A stretch of 64,000 nt of DNA from the human T2T-CHM13v2.0 reference genome, Homo sapiens: NCBI RefSeq assembly GCF_009914755.1, contig NC_060927.1; one strand, written 5' to 3'. The notes under the pieces were generated by a model, which ran no database searches, was not told the DNA's origin, and saw only the letters and a list, made by a program, of their open reading frames with translations. The translations under genes and the position numbers were made by a program. Position 1 is the first letter of the stretch, and each line of letters starts with the position of its first letter. Positions 1 through 16,670 of the stretch are shown here, piece after piece.

Positions 1-1439
1 CTCAAGTTCAAACCAAGTAAGTTTACATGCATTATTTTCTGCTCCCTTAATTACAAGCCTATTTCACAGGATGGACTTTTCTTCCTTTTAGTACTATTTA
101 ACATTGTATATTAAAGCATACATAAAATTAATTAAGTTAATGTCAGAATTTTAAAAAACATACAAAAGATCTCTCACATGTTTTTATTTCTATATCCTTC
201 CTACTCAAAATACTTAAATACCATCTTTGTATTTTGAATTGAAGTTGAGAATTTAGTACAGATAATTTATTTATGTCAGATTATTAAATATACTCAAGAA
301 AATCTCTTTTGTATATCAACAACAAACTGTTTGCTGGAGAAAATCTTCCTTGGAAGAAGAGAACAAAAATGGCTGTGTATTAACTTATACACGAGGAACA
401 CTCTTTTGATTTCTAATTCCAGACCTCTGAATTTGATGTAGAGTTTAGGTGATCAAAATAAAAAGTTTAATGATGTCCAATTTTTATCTAAATGGATTTA
501 CTCTGGTTTAAGATCATATTGGCACATCTATGCATTGCTTCTCACCACTAATGAAGCAATAACTAGATAGGTAGGCTGTGATGGATGGGAAACTACAAAT
601 TACAAAACACAAACCCAAAACAGGTTAATCTTGATTGGAACTCTGAATGTATTGCCAGCTTTATCCCAGACTTCGCACTGTGCTCCAACCACGTGGAAAA
701 TTCTGTCATTATTTTCCGTGTCCCAATCCACTCTCTCCCAGCTCCAAATACACAATTACAAACACATTTAATCTATACAGTTCCTTCTCAACTTTCATAT
801 GACAAAGAATGCAAACCTCTCTCCCACAGCCACCCTAATTTGGAAATTTCCTTATATTAGTTTCTAATTTCTTTTTGAATGAATCAAATATCACCATTTC
901 AGTTAAATATGTTTTTATATAAATATTTACCTTTACCAGTCTATCTAGAGATATAGAGAGAAGTGTGTCTATAAAATGAATTAATTATATAAGTAATAGG
1001 TATGTTCATATATCCAATTGTGATATAGATATAGTGCTATTTTGTATATTATATGATATTATATTAGAATTAAATATATATATATTTATATTTCAACAAC
1101 CACTTCTAACAACAAATCTTAATCATAATCCTAGTATTTAGTAAAGTGCCTTGATCAGAGGCCATTCTAAAAAATAGTCGTTGTGTGAATGAATGTGTTT
1201 ACAAGTGTAAGTTTGAAACCAACCTCCCCTCTCACTATCTCAACTACTTGGAATAGGTTACATCAAAGCTTTGTATTGTACTTATCTGTAAAATGGGAAC
1301 AAGAGTAACATCATGTAGGATTTTTAGGAAGACTTAAATAAGACCACAGGATTGTGCAGCTTTCGAGGCACAATTCATGTGTATCTGTGAGAATTGTTTC
1401 CCCTGCAGCTTTTTTTAAAAATAATGTGCTTAGAGTTGT

Positions 1440-1975
1440 TTTATTTTATTTTTTATTGAGGCATAATATTTGCATATAAAAAAGGAGTACATGTGAATTT
1501 TGGTACATGCATACAATGTGTAATGATCAAACCTGGGTAAGCAGGTTATCCATCACCTCAAATATTTATCATTCTCTTTGTGTTAGGAACATTTCAAGTC
1601 TTCTCTCTCTTGTCTTCTAAAATATATTTTTTAAAATAAATATACCATAAATTCTTGTTGACTATAGTTTCCCTACAATGCTACCATGCATTGAGACTTA
1701 TTGCTTTTATCTCATTGTATTTTTTGATCAATCTTTTTCCATCCTTGCTCCATTTCCCAGCCTCTCGTAACCCCCATTCTACTCACTAGCTTCATTTATA
1801 TGGTAGCTCCCACATATAAATAAGAACATACAATCCTTGTGTTTCTGTCCTTGGCTTATTTTACTGAATACAGTATCTTCCAGATCCCTCGATTTGCTGT
1901 AAGCTGTATGAAGGGTCCTCAAAAAACTAAAAATAGAACTACCACATAATCCAGAAATCCCATTGTTGGGTATTT
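1440..1975 (-). mobile_element. L1MA-type LINE-1 3' fragment with a short inverted 5' piece (~1903-1975 on +)
   Basis: Antisense L1MA 3'UTR (tacatgcatacaatgtgtaatgatcaa...catcacctcaaatatttatc), then sense ORF2-end motif cctcaaaaaactaaaaatagaactaccacataatccagaaatcccattg. Confidence 0.75.
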
Positions 1976-2045
1976 GTTGTGTAGTTTAAAAACAAGGTGA
2001 TCCTGAGATGAAATAGGTTATACATAACTTTTTACAATATAATAA

Positions 2046-3995
2046 TTTTTTATTATACTTTAAGTTCTAGGGTACATGTGCACAACGGGCAGATTTGTTA
2101 CATATGTATACATGTGCCATGTTGGTGTGCTGCACCCATCAACTCATCATTTACATTAGGTGTATCTCCTAATGCTATCCCTGCCCCTTTCCCCCACCCC
2201 ATGACAGGCCCCGGTGCGTGATGTTCTCCACCCGGTGTCCAAGTGTTCTCATTGTTCAGTGCCCACCTATGAGTGAGGACATGCGGTGTTTGCTTTTCTG
2301 TCCTTGCGATAGTTTGCTGAGAATGATGGTTTCCAGCTTCATCCATGTCCCTACAAAGGACATGAACTCATCCTTTTTATGGCTGCATAGTATTCCATGG
2401 TGTATATGTACCACATTTTCTTAATCCAGTCTATCATTGATGGAGATTCCAAGTCTTTGCTATCGTGAATGGTGTCGCAATAAACATAAGTGTGCCTGTG
2501 TCTTTATAGCAGCATGATTTATAATCCTTTGGGTATATGCCCAGCAATGGGATGGCTGGGTCAAATGGTATTTCTAGTTCTAGATCCTTGAGGAATCGCC
2601 ACATTGTCTTCCACAATGGTTGAACTAGTTTACAGTCCCACCAACAGGGTCAAAGTGTTCCTATTTCTCCACATCCTCTCCAGCACCTGCTGTTTCCTGA
2701 CTTTTTAATGATCGCCATTCTAACTGGTGTGAGATGGTATCTCATTGTGGTTTTGATTTGCATTTCTCTGATGGCTAGTGATGATGAGCATTTATTCATG
2801 TGTCTGCTGGCTGTATAAATGTCTTCTTTTGATAAGTGTCTGTTCATATACTTTGCCCACTTTTTAATGGGGTTGTTTGATTTTTTCTTGTAAATTTGTA
2901 TAAGTTCTTTGTAGATTCTGGATATTAGCCCTTTGTCAGGTGGGTAGATTGCAAAAATTTTATCCCATTCTGTAGGTTGCCTGTTCACTCTGATGGTAGT
3001 TTCTTTTGCTGTGCAGAAGCTCTTCATTTTAATTAGATCCCATTTGTCAATTTTGGCTCTTGTTGCCATTGCTGTTGGTGTTTTAGACATGAAGTCCTTG
3101 CCCATGCCTATGTCCTGAATGGTATTGCCTAGGTTTTCTTCTAGGGTTTTTATGGTTTTAGGTCTAACATTTAAGTCTTTAATCCATCTTGAATTAATTT
3201 TTGTATAAGATGTAAAGAAGGGATCCAGTTTCAGCTTTCTACATATGGCTAGCCAGTTTTCCCAGCACCATTTATTAAATAGGGAATCAGATTGTCCTTG
3301 TTTGCAGATGACAATATTGTATATTTAGAAAACCCCAATGTCTCAGCCCAACATCTCTTTAAGCTGATAAGGAACTTCAGCGAAGACTCAGGATACAAAA
3401 TCAATGTGCAAAAATCACAAGCATTCCTATACACCAATAACAGACAAACAGAGAGCCAAATCATGAGTGAACTCCCATTCACAATTGCTTCAAAGAGAAT
3501 AAAATACCTAGGAATTCAACTTACAAGGGATGTGAAGGACCTCTTTAAGGAGAACTACAAACCACTGATCAACGAAACAAAACAGGACACAAACAAATGG
3601 AAGAACATTCCATATTCATGGATAGGAAGCATCTATATTGTGAAAATGACCATACTGCCCAAGGTAATTTATAGATTCAATGCCATCCCTATCAAGCTAC
3701 CAATGACTTTCTTCACAGAATTGGAAAAAATTTCTTTAAAGTTCATATGGAACCAAAAAAGAGCCTGCATCGCCAAGACAATCCTAAGCCAAAAGAACAA
3801 AGCTGGAGGCATCACACTAACTGACTTTGAACAATACTACAAGGCTACGGTAACCAAAACAACATGGTACTGGTACCAAAACAGAGATATAGACCAATGG
3901 AATAGAACAGAGCCCTCAGAAATAATACCACACATCTATAAACATCTGATCTTTGACAAACCTGACAAAAACAAGAAATGGGGAAAGGATTTCCT
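2046..3995 (-). mobile_element. L1PA (approx. PA4-PA6), 5'-truncated and 5'-inverted (twin priming); antisense 2046-3287, inverted piece 3288-3995 on +
   Basis: PolyT plus ttattatactttaagttctagggtacatgtg; ORF2 remnants on - (2650-3105) and on + (3292-, YADD-like LFADD motif); both pieces meet at the L1 site gggaaaggattccct. Confidence 0.95.
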
Positions 3996-3999
3996 AAAC

Positions 4000-4298
4000 T
4001 TTTTTTTTTTTTTTGAGATGGAGTCTTGTTCTGTTGCCCAAGCTGGTGTTCAGTGGTGCAATCTCAGCTCACTGCAACCTCCACCTCCCAGGGGCTCAAG
4101 CAATTCTCCTGTCTCAGCCTCTTGAGTAGCTGAGACTAGAGGTGCACACCACCGGGCCTAGCTAATTTTTGTATGTTTAGTAGAGATGAAGTTTCGCCAT
4201 GTTGGCCAGGCTGGTCTCGAACTCTTGACCTCAGGTTATCTGCCTGCCTCAGCCTCCCAATGTCCTGGGATTATGGATGTGAGCCACCATTCCTGGCC
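4000..4298 (-). mobile_element. AluS (Sx/Sz-like)
   Basis: PolyT then gagatggagtcttg...gagccaccattcctggcc; TSD taaactttt at 3995-4003 and 4299-4307. Confidence 0.93.
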
Positions 4299-5610
4299 TA
4301 AACTTTTAAGATTCCATTATGATGCTACTTCATTTTTCAAGATATATTGTCATATAATTATATGTCATGCATATAGCTATCACATTATTGATTCCATAAT
4401 TTAGTTTCCATTATTGTGATTTCAGAGTAACTATTGTCCAACCCCATAAAATTTGTTAAAGCATTCTCAGAATTGAAGCAAACCTTAAGAGTATTCTACC
4501 TCCATACAAAGCAAGAATGTACTTGAACAATATTATAGCTGCAGTCTTGGTTTTGATTTTTAACAATAGGGGAATTTACTGGAAATAACACTGAGTTGAA
4601 TTTTAAATATGGTGGAAGAGGAAATAGAAAGCAGAAAAGACAAGTGTTTTATTTGTGAGTTCATTTGATTCAAGTCTTATTAAATTATACAACTTCAACT
4701 TGTACATACCTGTGCTTAATACATTCAGGGTTAGAGCTGGTGGCAAAATATGTCATTGCCAAATATTAAAGCTGATTGTAAGTTGACTACACATAGAGTA
4801 AACAGACATTCCAGTTTTCCCTGAACAGCCTTGGTTCATGCCCATTTTCAAGTACAAATTATTAATAGTATGCCCTTTCATTCTCACAATACCCAGCTGG
4901 GTGATAAATTACACAGCTCTCTTAATTACAAAGGTATGCTCACATACTGTATTGCAACTTGAATAAGAAGCTGTTTGGTTGCAAATCAGATAAACTCAAT
5001 ATGAATTAGCTTAGGAAAAAGAAGATTTCTTGGGTCTTAAATCTGAAATACAGAAATTGAGGAGCACAGCTGGTATCAAGGACTTTTCCATATTATACTA
5101 TTTTTAATTCATGTGTTCCAAGTACAAACCAAAATTCTGTCATTAATTGTTAGGGTTTTTTCTTTAACTTTTGTGAAATCTCTTACAAATCATAGTCATG
5201 GCATGGTTTTACCCACTACTAAATGTGTTCATGTATTTTAAAAAACAATTTGATAGTTTAACTCACTAAATTACATGCCATACAGATCTTGTTTCTGCAA
5301 AACAAAACCAAGCAAAAACGGTGATCATTGACATACAAAAGTTTACTTGATTGTTGGATTATGGTGACAATCTCTTCTCCTCTCCCTCTCTTCCTCCCTC
5401 CCTCTCTTCTATATTTCTCTTTCTCTGCCTTTTTCTCCCCCTTTTGTGTAATTGTGCATATATATGTGTGTGTGTTCACACACATATATAGAATGAACAA
5501 TTGAATAAATACACACAAAACAATTACAAAATTTTACCATATACTAATAGAAAAGTAGTCTTAACACATATAAAAGGACTGAAAATACAGGAGAACTAAG
5601 CCAGGAAAAT

Positions 5611-5756
5611 TTTCTCTCTCTCTCTCTATAGATATAGAAATAGATATAGACAGATAGATATAGATATAGATATTATATATATATATAAAATACAGTTTTG
5701 GTTTTGATTTTTTATATATATTATATATAATACTTACAGTATTGGTTTTTTTATAC

Positions 5757-5795
<39 letters not shown>

Positions 5796-5823
5796 AAGGG
5801 TGAGAGAGAGAGAGACAGAGAGA
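5611..5823. repeat. Compound (TC)n-(TA/GATA)n-(GA)n low-complexity tract
   Basis: Visible dinucleotide runs. Confidence 0.85.
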
Positions 5824-6151
5824 TAATTTGCATAGGTCAAGAAAAATTCCTGATAACCTTAGATAACATTTTGTAGTAAATTATAATTAAATATAACCTA
5901 TCATAATGTGTGAAATATTGCTTTTACTTCAGACACAGAAAATTACAATATTTCATCTAACAGTTAGAAAAATCCAATAACTTCCAAATATTAACTTTAC
6001 TTGGACCCTTCAAAAATCTATGGCCACCATTCAATTTAGAGAATTGAATTTCAAACAATGTTCAGTTCCTCTGAAGAGTTATGGAACACATACTGTTTCA
6101 ACTCTGACAGAGCATGGCAGGAAGATTAGGCCAATATAAAAGCAGAACTCT

Positions 6152-6153
<2 letters not shown>

Positions 6154-6186
<33 letters not shown>
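6154..6186. repeat. (TG)n microsatellite
   Basis: About 16 TG units. Confidence 0.95.
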
Positions 6187-6187
<1 letters not shown>

Positions 6188-6248
6188 ATGTGTATTTATT
6201 TACCTTGACTATATGACTACTTCTTTGTATGTTTAAAGAGTAGTAGTT

Positions 6249-9035
<2,787 letters not shown>

Positions 9036-9339
9036 AAAGAGTAGTAGTTGTAGCAAGAACACTAAGACACTAAGCTAAAGGGGAAAGAAGTAGTATCATG
9101 ATGTGTAACCCTGACACTCTTTTGATAGAGTCTACTAAACTTTCTCTACGAAATTTTTCAGTAAAATAAAATATTATGTCATTAAGCTTAATATATTTTG
9201 CTATAGGTCATTTCAGTCTTTTCAATTTATGTCAGGGTGAACATAAATGTGTCTACTATTATTGTTATCTAATTAACAAAAATAATTAGGGAAGTTTTAC
9301 TTCCTTTATCAGGTATATGAAACAAAATAAAATAAGTAG

Positions 9340-10310
<971 letters not shown>

Positions 10311-11084
10311 GCATATTTTCCTTCTAAGTCCTAACATGAACTCCAATTTCTTTCATCGTACTGCTTATTCACAGCCATTGCCTTCTGATTAAAATTGGCA
10401 CTCAAGATAAAGACTTATTAGCATTGTCTGTCCTAATTTAATAAATATAGAGATTTAGTAAAATAAACCATACTCTAAATGAACACTAAGTAAAGACTCT
10501 TCAGAAATTAATTATTTGGGAAAAAAATATAATTCTGTCACTTCACATTTTATACAGGAGCAAATCATAATAAAGTTAAAATAGCTAAAATTTATAGTTT
10601 TTACCATATAAAAGAAAAAAATATATTGCTGATATATAACTGAAGTTTGTTTAGGAATTCTAAGAGGTAATCTTAAAGACAAAATACATAGTATCTTTTA
10701 AAAGTATTTTTTAAAATACTTGCAGTAAATATGTGTATTCAAACATATTAAAATGATAATGAAAAAATTAATTGATATTGATAAAATATCTACAAAATAA
10801 TAAGCATTTGAAATGTCTCAATCTTAAATACAAAGAGCTTTTGATAAATCAGTGGGCACAAAATTCTCTTTTTAGAAAGGGCTAATTACATGAGTAAATT
10901 AATCACAAGTGACAAGACGCATTTATCAGGGTGTTAAAGTATTTCTACTTTAAATACTATAAAAAAATTTAAAATGTATAATTTCTATTTATAACAACCA
11001 AAATAAAATAAAGAAGGACGTATATTTTTGAGCAGCAGTTCGTCTTTGTGTTTTATGAATTATAAAATTATTTGTATATATTTC

Positions 11085-11335
11085 CTTACATACTTATTTT
11101 TTATGGTAAGAACACTTAAAATCTACTCTCTTTGGAATTTTGAAGACTACAATATATTGTTCTTAACTATAGTCATTATATTATGCAATAGATCTCTTGA
11201 ATTTATTCCCCTAATCTAACTAAAGTTTTGTATCCTCTGGCCAACATCTCCCCACTTTACCCTCCCAGTCCCTAGTAACCACTATTTCATTCTCAAAGTC
11301 TATGAGCTCAACTTTTTTAGATTTCAAATATAAGC
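11085..11335 (-). mobile_element. L1MA 3'UTR fragment
   Basis: gtaagaacacttaaaatctactctc...caatagatctcttgaatttattcc...ccaacatctcccc. Confidence 0.7.
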
Positions 11336-11699
11336 ACAATTTACCCTTTCTATGCTATATACATATTTCCAGAAGTGTTGTACATGAGAAGTATATACAA
11401 TGTAAATTCAATTTAAATTTCAAAAATCTGATTGTCTCTTATATTTATTTTATGTAAGAGAAAATTGTTAAAGATATGTTAATATGTATGTTTTAAACAT
11501 ATAATGCTATATACAATATACATGTATGTGAATGTTCTAATCATGTTTGTTTTATATTTTTATGTTTTATATTTATATTTAAACATATATTTATATGTTT
11601 TATATTTATATATTTAGAACACTCACATACACATTGTGACTTCCAAAAATGGGAAAACAAAAATTTGGAGAAGAAAAATAATTTTCATTTCTCAAAACG

Positions 11700-11985
11700 A
11701 GTCCACAATTACTTATCTAGAAATTTAAGTCGAGAGTTATTTCAGAATTTGGCATTTTCACTTTTTAAAGGTGATGCATTACATAGACGGCATATTGCAT
11801 AACACTCTGATAGGGTCTATGGCAGCACATGCTAATCAAAAATATCAGTATGAATATTCACTACAAGGACTATAGAATAAAAACTATAATACTCTTCCAT
11901 CATTCATATCAGGTTTAGCTGCCAAATGAAATTGCAGCAAACTTATGACAAACACTTTATAAATAAGGAATTCTGGACGTGTGCT
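11700..11985. mobile_element. Possible ancient DNA-transposon remnant (family uncertain)
   Basis: caggtttagctgccaaatga and ataaggaattctggac resemble old TcMar-type MITE ends, from memory only. Confidence 0.3.
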
Positions 11986-12349
11986 TGGGCAAGCCCAGAA
12001 AAGGAATCTATTCTCTTCCCACTGATTCTTTTCATGCCACAGCGTTTCTCTCTAGTGTTGGGAAATTTATTCATTGTCTTGACATCCCACTTGAAAAAGA
12101 GACAGATTACAACTTTACAACATCAGAAGTATCATCATCAATCATTTCACGCACCAGAGGTCTTTGTATTCCAAAGGCTTTGTGGTGTTATAGTGGCTAA
12201 AACATATAATGTCCTTTGGTTTAGAAGAGAATATTGGGTTAGAAATTTATGCCACTCTTGTTCAATTACTATCTCTTTGAAATCTACTTCCACATATTTG
12301 AGAATTAAAAAAGAGTATGGCTTAATAAATATTTAAAAATGCTCTTCTA

Positions 12350-12479
12350 GCTAACGGGTGTTGAGCTTAATATCTAGGCAATGGGATGATATGCACAGCA
12401 AACCACGATGGCACACGTTTACCTGTATAACAAACCTGCACATGCTGCCCGTGTACCCCTGAACTTAAAAGTTGAAGAA
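12350..12479 (+). mobile_element. Short older L1PA (PA13-16-like) 3' end
   Basis: cagcaaaccacgatggcacacgtttacc...gtgtacccctgaacttaaaa; TSD aaaaat(g/a)ctcttcta at 12335-12349 and 12480-12494. Confidence 0.88.
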
Positions 12480-12729
12480 AAAAATACTCTTCTAAACTGT
12501 CATACAGCAGACAATATGATATTAGACATTTTCACTCATAATCTATTCTCCCTGTATGAAATTTTGTTAGATCTTACTGTGTCTGCCACTCGGTAGAATA
12601 AAATATTTGTTTTTGAAAGAGTAAAACATTTTACTTAGAATGTCTTCTCAAGAAATATAATTTTTGTATGATAATAAAAATATATTAATCCATCTGTTTT
12701 GGAAACAAGATATAGAAATCCAATTAGTT

Positions 12730-12970
12730 AACAGTAAAACCTTATTGAATACATACTAAAGCCAGGCAATGGGCTGATAATTTTACCTAGATAATATCAA
12801 ATTGATCATAAAAATATTTCTAGATATAGTAGGTGACTTTAATATATTTGCCTTACCTGTGAGAAATGGGGGCTTCAATAGATGAAACAGATTACACAAA
12901 ATCACAAGGATAACATGAGATATAGGTAGAATTCTGATTCCCGACACAAGTGCCCTTATAACCACTGAAA
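12730..12970 (-). mobile_element. MIR fragment
   Basis: ttattgaatacatact...gccaggca...tgagaaatgggg...gattcccgacac. Confidence 0.5.
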
Positions 12971-13758
12971 TATACAACTGTTCTTGAAAAAATATAGAAG
13001 CTTTCCTCCTACTGGAGACACAACGAGAGCTTTCCCTGACATTCACCTTAAGGGATCTGACTTTGATAAAGTAAGACTTTTAAATGCAGAGTACTTGGCA
13101 AGAGATTCCTTACAGCTACATTTTCTGAGAAGAACTTGGGTAGTAGACAGGCAGAAAGAGTGCCCTTTCTGGCTTTATATACTCTGGCAAAATTGTCCTT
13201 GAGGAAAAAGTCTAAAAAACACATTGGAATTGGTTATAATTAAGCAGGATTTTACTAGGAATACATCTTTATTAATCTGCCCTTTTTATTTAGCAGTTTA
13301 TAAAGCTGCTGCTCTAGTTGATAGAGCTGGAGAATTTTTGGACTTTCTGATATCTGTAACTACTTTAAAATAATATATTTTCACCTCTTTCAATTAGAAA
13401 AGCTTATATCTCTTTATGTAGAAATATATATTTTGTATTGGAAGTAATTTGGAGTAAATAAAACTATCCTGGTCGTCAGTTTTTAAAGGCAGTGATAAAT
13501 TCTAAAACACATGGAGTAGCAAATGTTATATTATTCATACCAAATAAACTGAGTGACCACAATAATGTTAGAACATAATGAAAATGAGATATTTATTATG
13601 TTACGCAACCTACTCTTGTACTATGTAATGCCACATCCTGTCTATAGCAATCAAAATTACAGAAATATTTATTGTGGAAATATTCATCTCAACTCATGCC
13701 CTAAAGGTGGACACATTTTGCATATTGTATTCATTTTGCGTGTTATTAAAAAATTTAA

Positions 13759-14126
<368 letters not shown>

Positions 14127-14731
14127 AGAGGGATACCTCATTTTAATGTGCTTTACTTTATTGTACTTTTCAGATATTGTATTTGTTTTACAATTGGAAG
14201 GCTGTGGCAATATTGTGTCAAGCAAGTCTTTTGGCACCATTTTTTTTTTTCAGCAGCAGGTGATGATTTCATGTCTGTCACATTTTGGTAATTCTCACAA
14301 TATTTCAAACTTTCATTATTATTATATTTCTTATAGTGATCTGAGAAGAGTGATATTTGATGTTACTATTGTCATGGTTTTGGGGCACCACAAACCAAAC
14401 CCATATAGGAAGAAACACATAATTGATAAGTTTTGTGTGTGTTCTGACTGCTCCATGGGCTAGCTTTCCTCCATCTGTCTCCCCCTCCTCAGGCCTTCTT
14501 ATTTCCTAAGGCACAGTAATACTGAAATCAGGTCAATTAATAACCTTACAATGGCCTCTAAGTGTTTAAGTGAGAGTCTCACCTCTCTTGCTTTAAAGCA
14601 AATGTTAGGTATAATTAAACTTAGTAAGGAAGGCATGTTGAAAGCCAAGAGAAGCTAAAAGCTAGGCCTCTCGCACCACACAGCCTATTGTGAATGCAAA
14701 GGAAAAGTTCCCAAATGAATGTAAAAGTGCT

Positions 14732-15262
14732 CTGGGTATATACCCAGTAATGAGATAAATCATGCTGCTATAAAGACACATGCACATGTATGTTTATCGC
14801 GGCTCTATTCACAATAGCAAAGACTTGGAACCAACCCAAATGTCCAACAATGATAGACTGGATTAAGAAAATATGGCACATATACACCATGGAATACTAT
14901 GCAGCCATAAAAAATGATGAGTTCATGTCCTTTGTAGGGACATGGATGAAATTGGAAATCATCATTCTCAGTAAACTATCGCAAGAACAAAAAACCAAAC
15001 ACCACATATTCTCACTCATAGGTGGCAATTGAACAATGAGAACACATGGACACAGGAAGGGGAACATCACATTCTGGGGACTGTTGTGGGGTGGGGGGAG
15101 GGGGGAGGGATAGCTTTAGGAGATATACCTAATGCTAAATGACAAGTTAGTGGGTGCAGCACACCAGCATGGCACATGTATACATATGTAACTAACCTGC
15201 ACATTGTGCACATGTACCCTAAAACTTGAAGTATAATAATAATAAAATAAAAAAAAAAGAAA
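14732..15262 (+). mobile_element. L1PA2/PA3-like 3' end with a ~20-nt inverted 5' tip
   Basis: ORF2 C-terminus (14790-15032), 3'UTR, polyA; TSD gtaaaagtgct at 14721-14731 and 15263-15273. Confidence 0.93.
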
Positions 15263-15482
15263 GTAAAAGTGCTGCTCCAGTGAACACACAGATGATAAGA
15301 ATGTGAAACTGCTTTAGTGCTGATATGGAGAAAGTTCTAGATAGAAGAGCAAACCAGCCACAACATTCGCTTAAGCCAAAACAATGCAGAGCAGGCCCCT
15401 AACTCTCTTCAATTGTGTGAAGGTTTAGAGAGGTGAGAAAGCCTCAGAAGAAAAGTTTGAAGCTAGTAAAAGTTGGTTCTTA

Positions 15483-15786
<304 letters not shown>

Positions 15787-16032
15787 TATATATATAATAT
15801 ATATATATTATATAAATATATAAATATATAATATATTTATATATTTATATTTATATATTATATATATTATATAAATATATAAATATATAATATATTTATA
15901 TATTTATATATAATATATATTTATATATAAATATAAATACAATATATTTATAAATATATATTTATAAATATATAAATATAAATATAATATATTTATAAAT
16001 ATATATTTATAAATAAATATAAATATAAATAT
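15787..16032. repeat. AT-rich low-complexity tract following the Alu tail
   Basis: Almost purely A/T, with internal duplications. Confidence 0.95.
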
Positions 16033-16670
16033 AAACTTTATGGCTTCTCAGTATATATAAAAGTTATGTTTACATTGTACTGCAGCCTATTAAATGTGCA
16101 ATAACATCATGTCTAAAAAAAGTACATACCTTAATTTAAAAAATACATTATTTTAAAAAATGCTAACAAACTTTTAAGCCTATAGCAAGCCCAATCTTTT
16201 TTTCTGTTGGAGAGCCTTGCCATGATTTGGATGGCGGCTGACTAGTCAAGGGGGTGGTTGGTGACTTGTGGGGTAGTCCTACAAGTCCTACACTCCTAAA
16301 ACAAAAAAAACAATGAAATTTGCCACATTCATTGATTCTTTCTGTCATGAAAGATTTCTCTGTAGCATGTGATGCTGTTTGATAGCATTTTGTTCACTGC
16401 ACACCTTCTTTCAAAATTGCAATCAATCCTTTCAAGACCTGCCACTGCTTTATCAACTAAGTTTAGGTAATATTCTAAATCTTTTGTTGGCATTTCAACA
16501 ATGTTTACAACATATTGACCAGGAGTACATTATGTCACAAGAAACCACTCTCTTTGCTCATCCATAAGGAAAAACTCTCACTCATTCAGACTGAGTGTGT
16601 AATATATATATATGTAACATATAATATATATAAAATATATATTATATATTTTACATATTATATCTTATAT
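16033..16670 (-). repeat. Left arm of inverted repeat (inverted duplicate of the Tigger1 3' part plus AT flank)
   Basis: Reverse complement of ~18235-18862; ORFs 16379+ and 18200- translate nearly identically. Confidence 0.96.

Noticed and set aside
3292-4125. 277-aa reverse-transcriptase-like ORF as a gene
   Set aside because: It is an inverted, truncated L1 ORF2 fragment reading into an antisense Alu, with no promoter or exon context
11926-12336. 136-aa ORF
   Set aside because: No recognisable domain or splice context; consistent with a chance ORF
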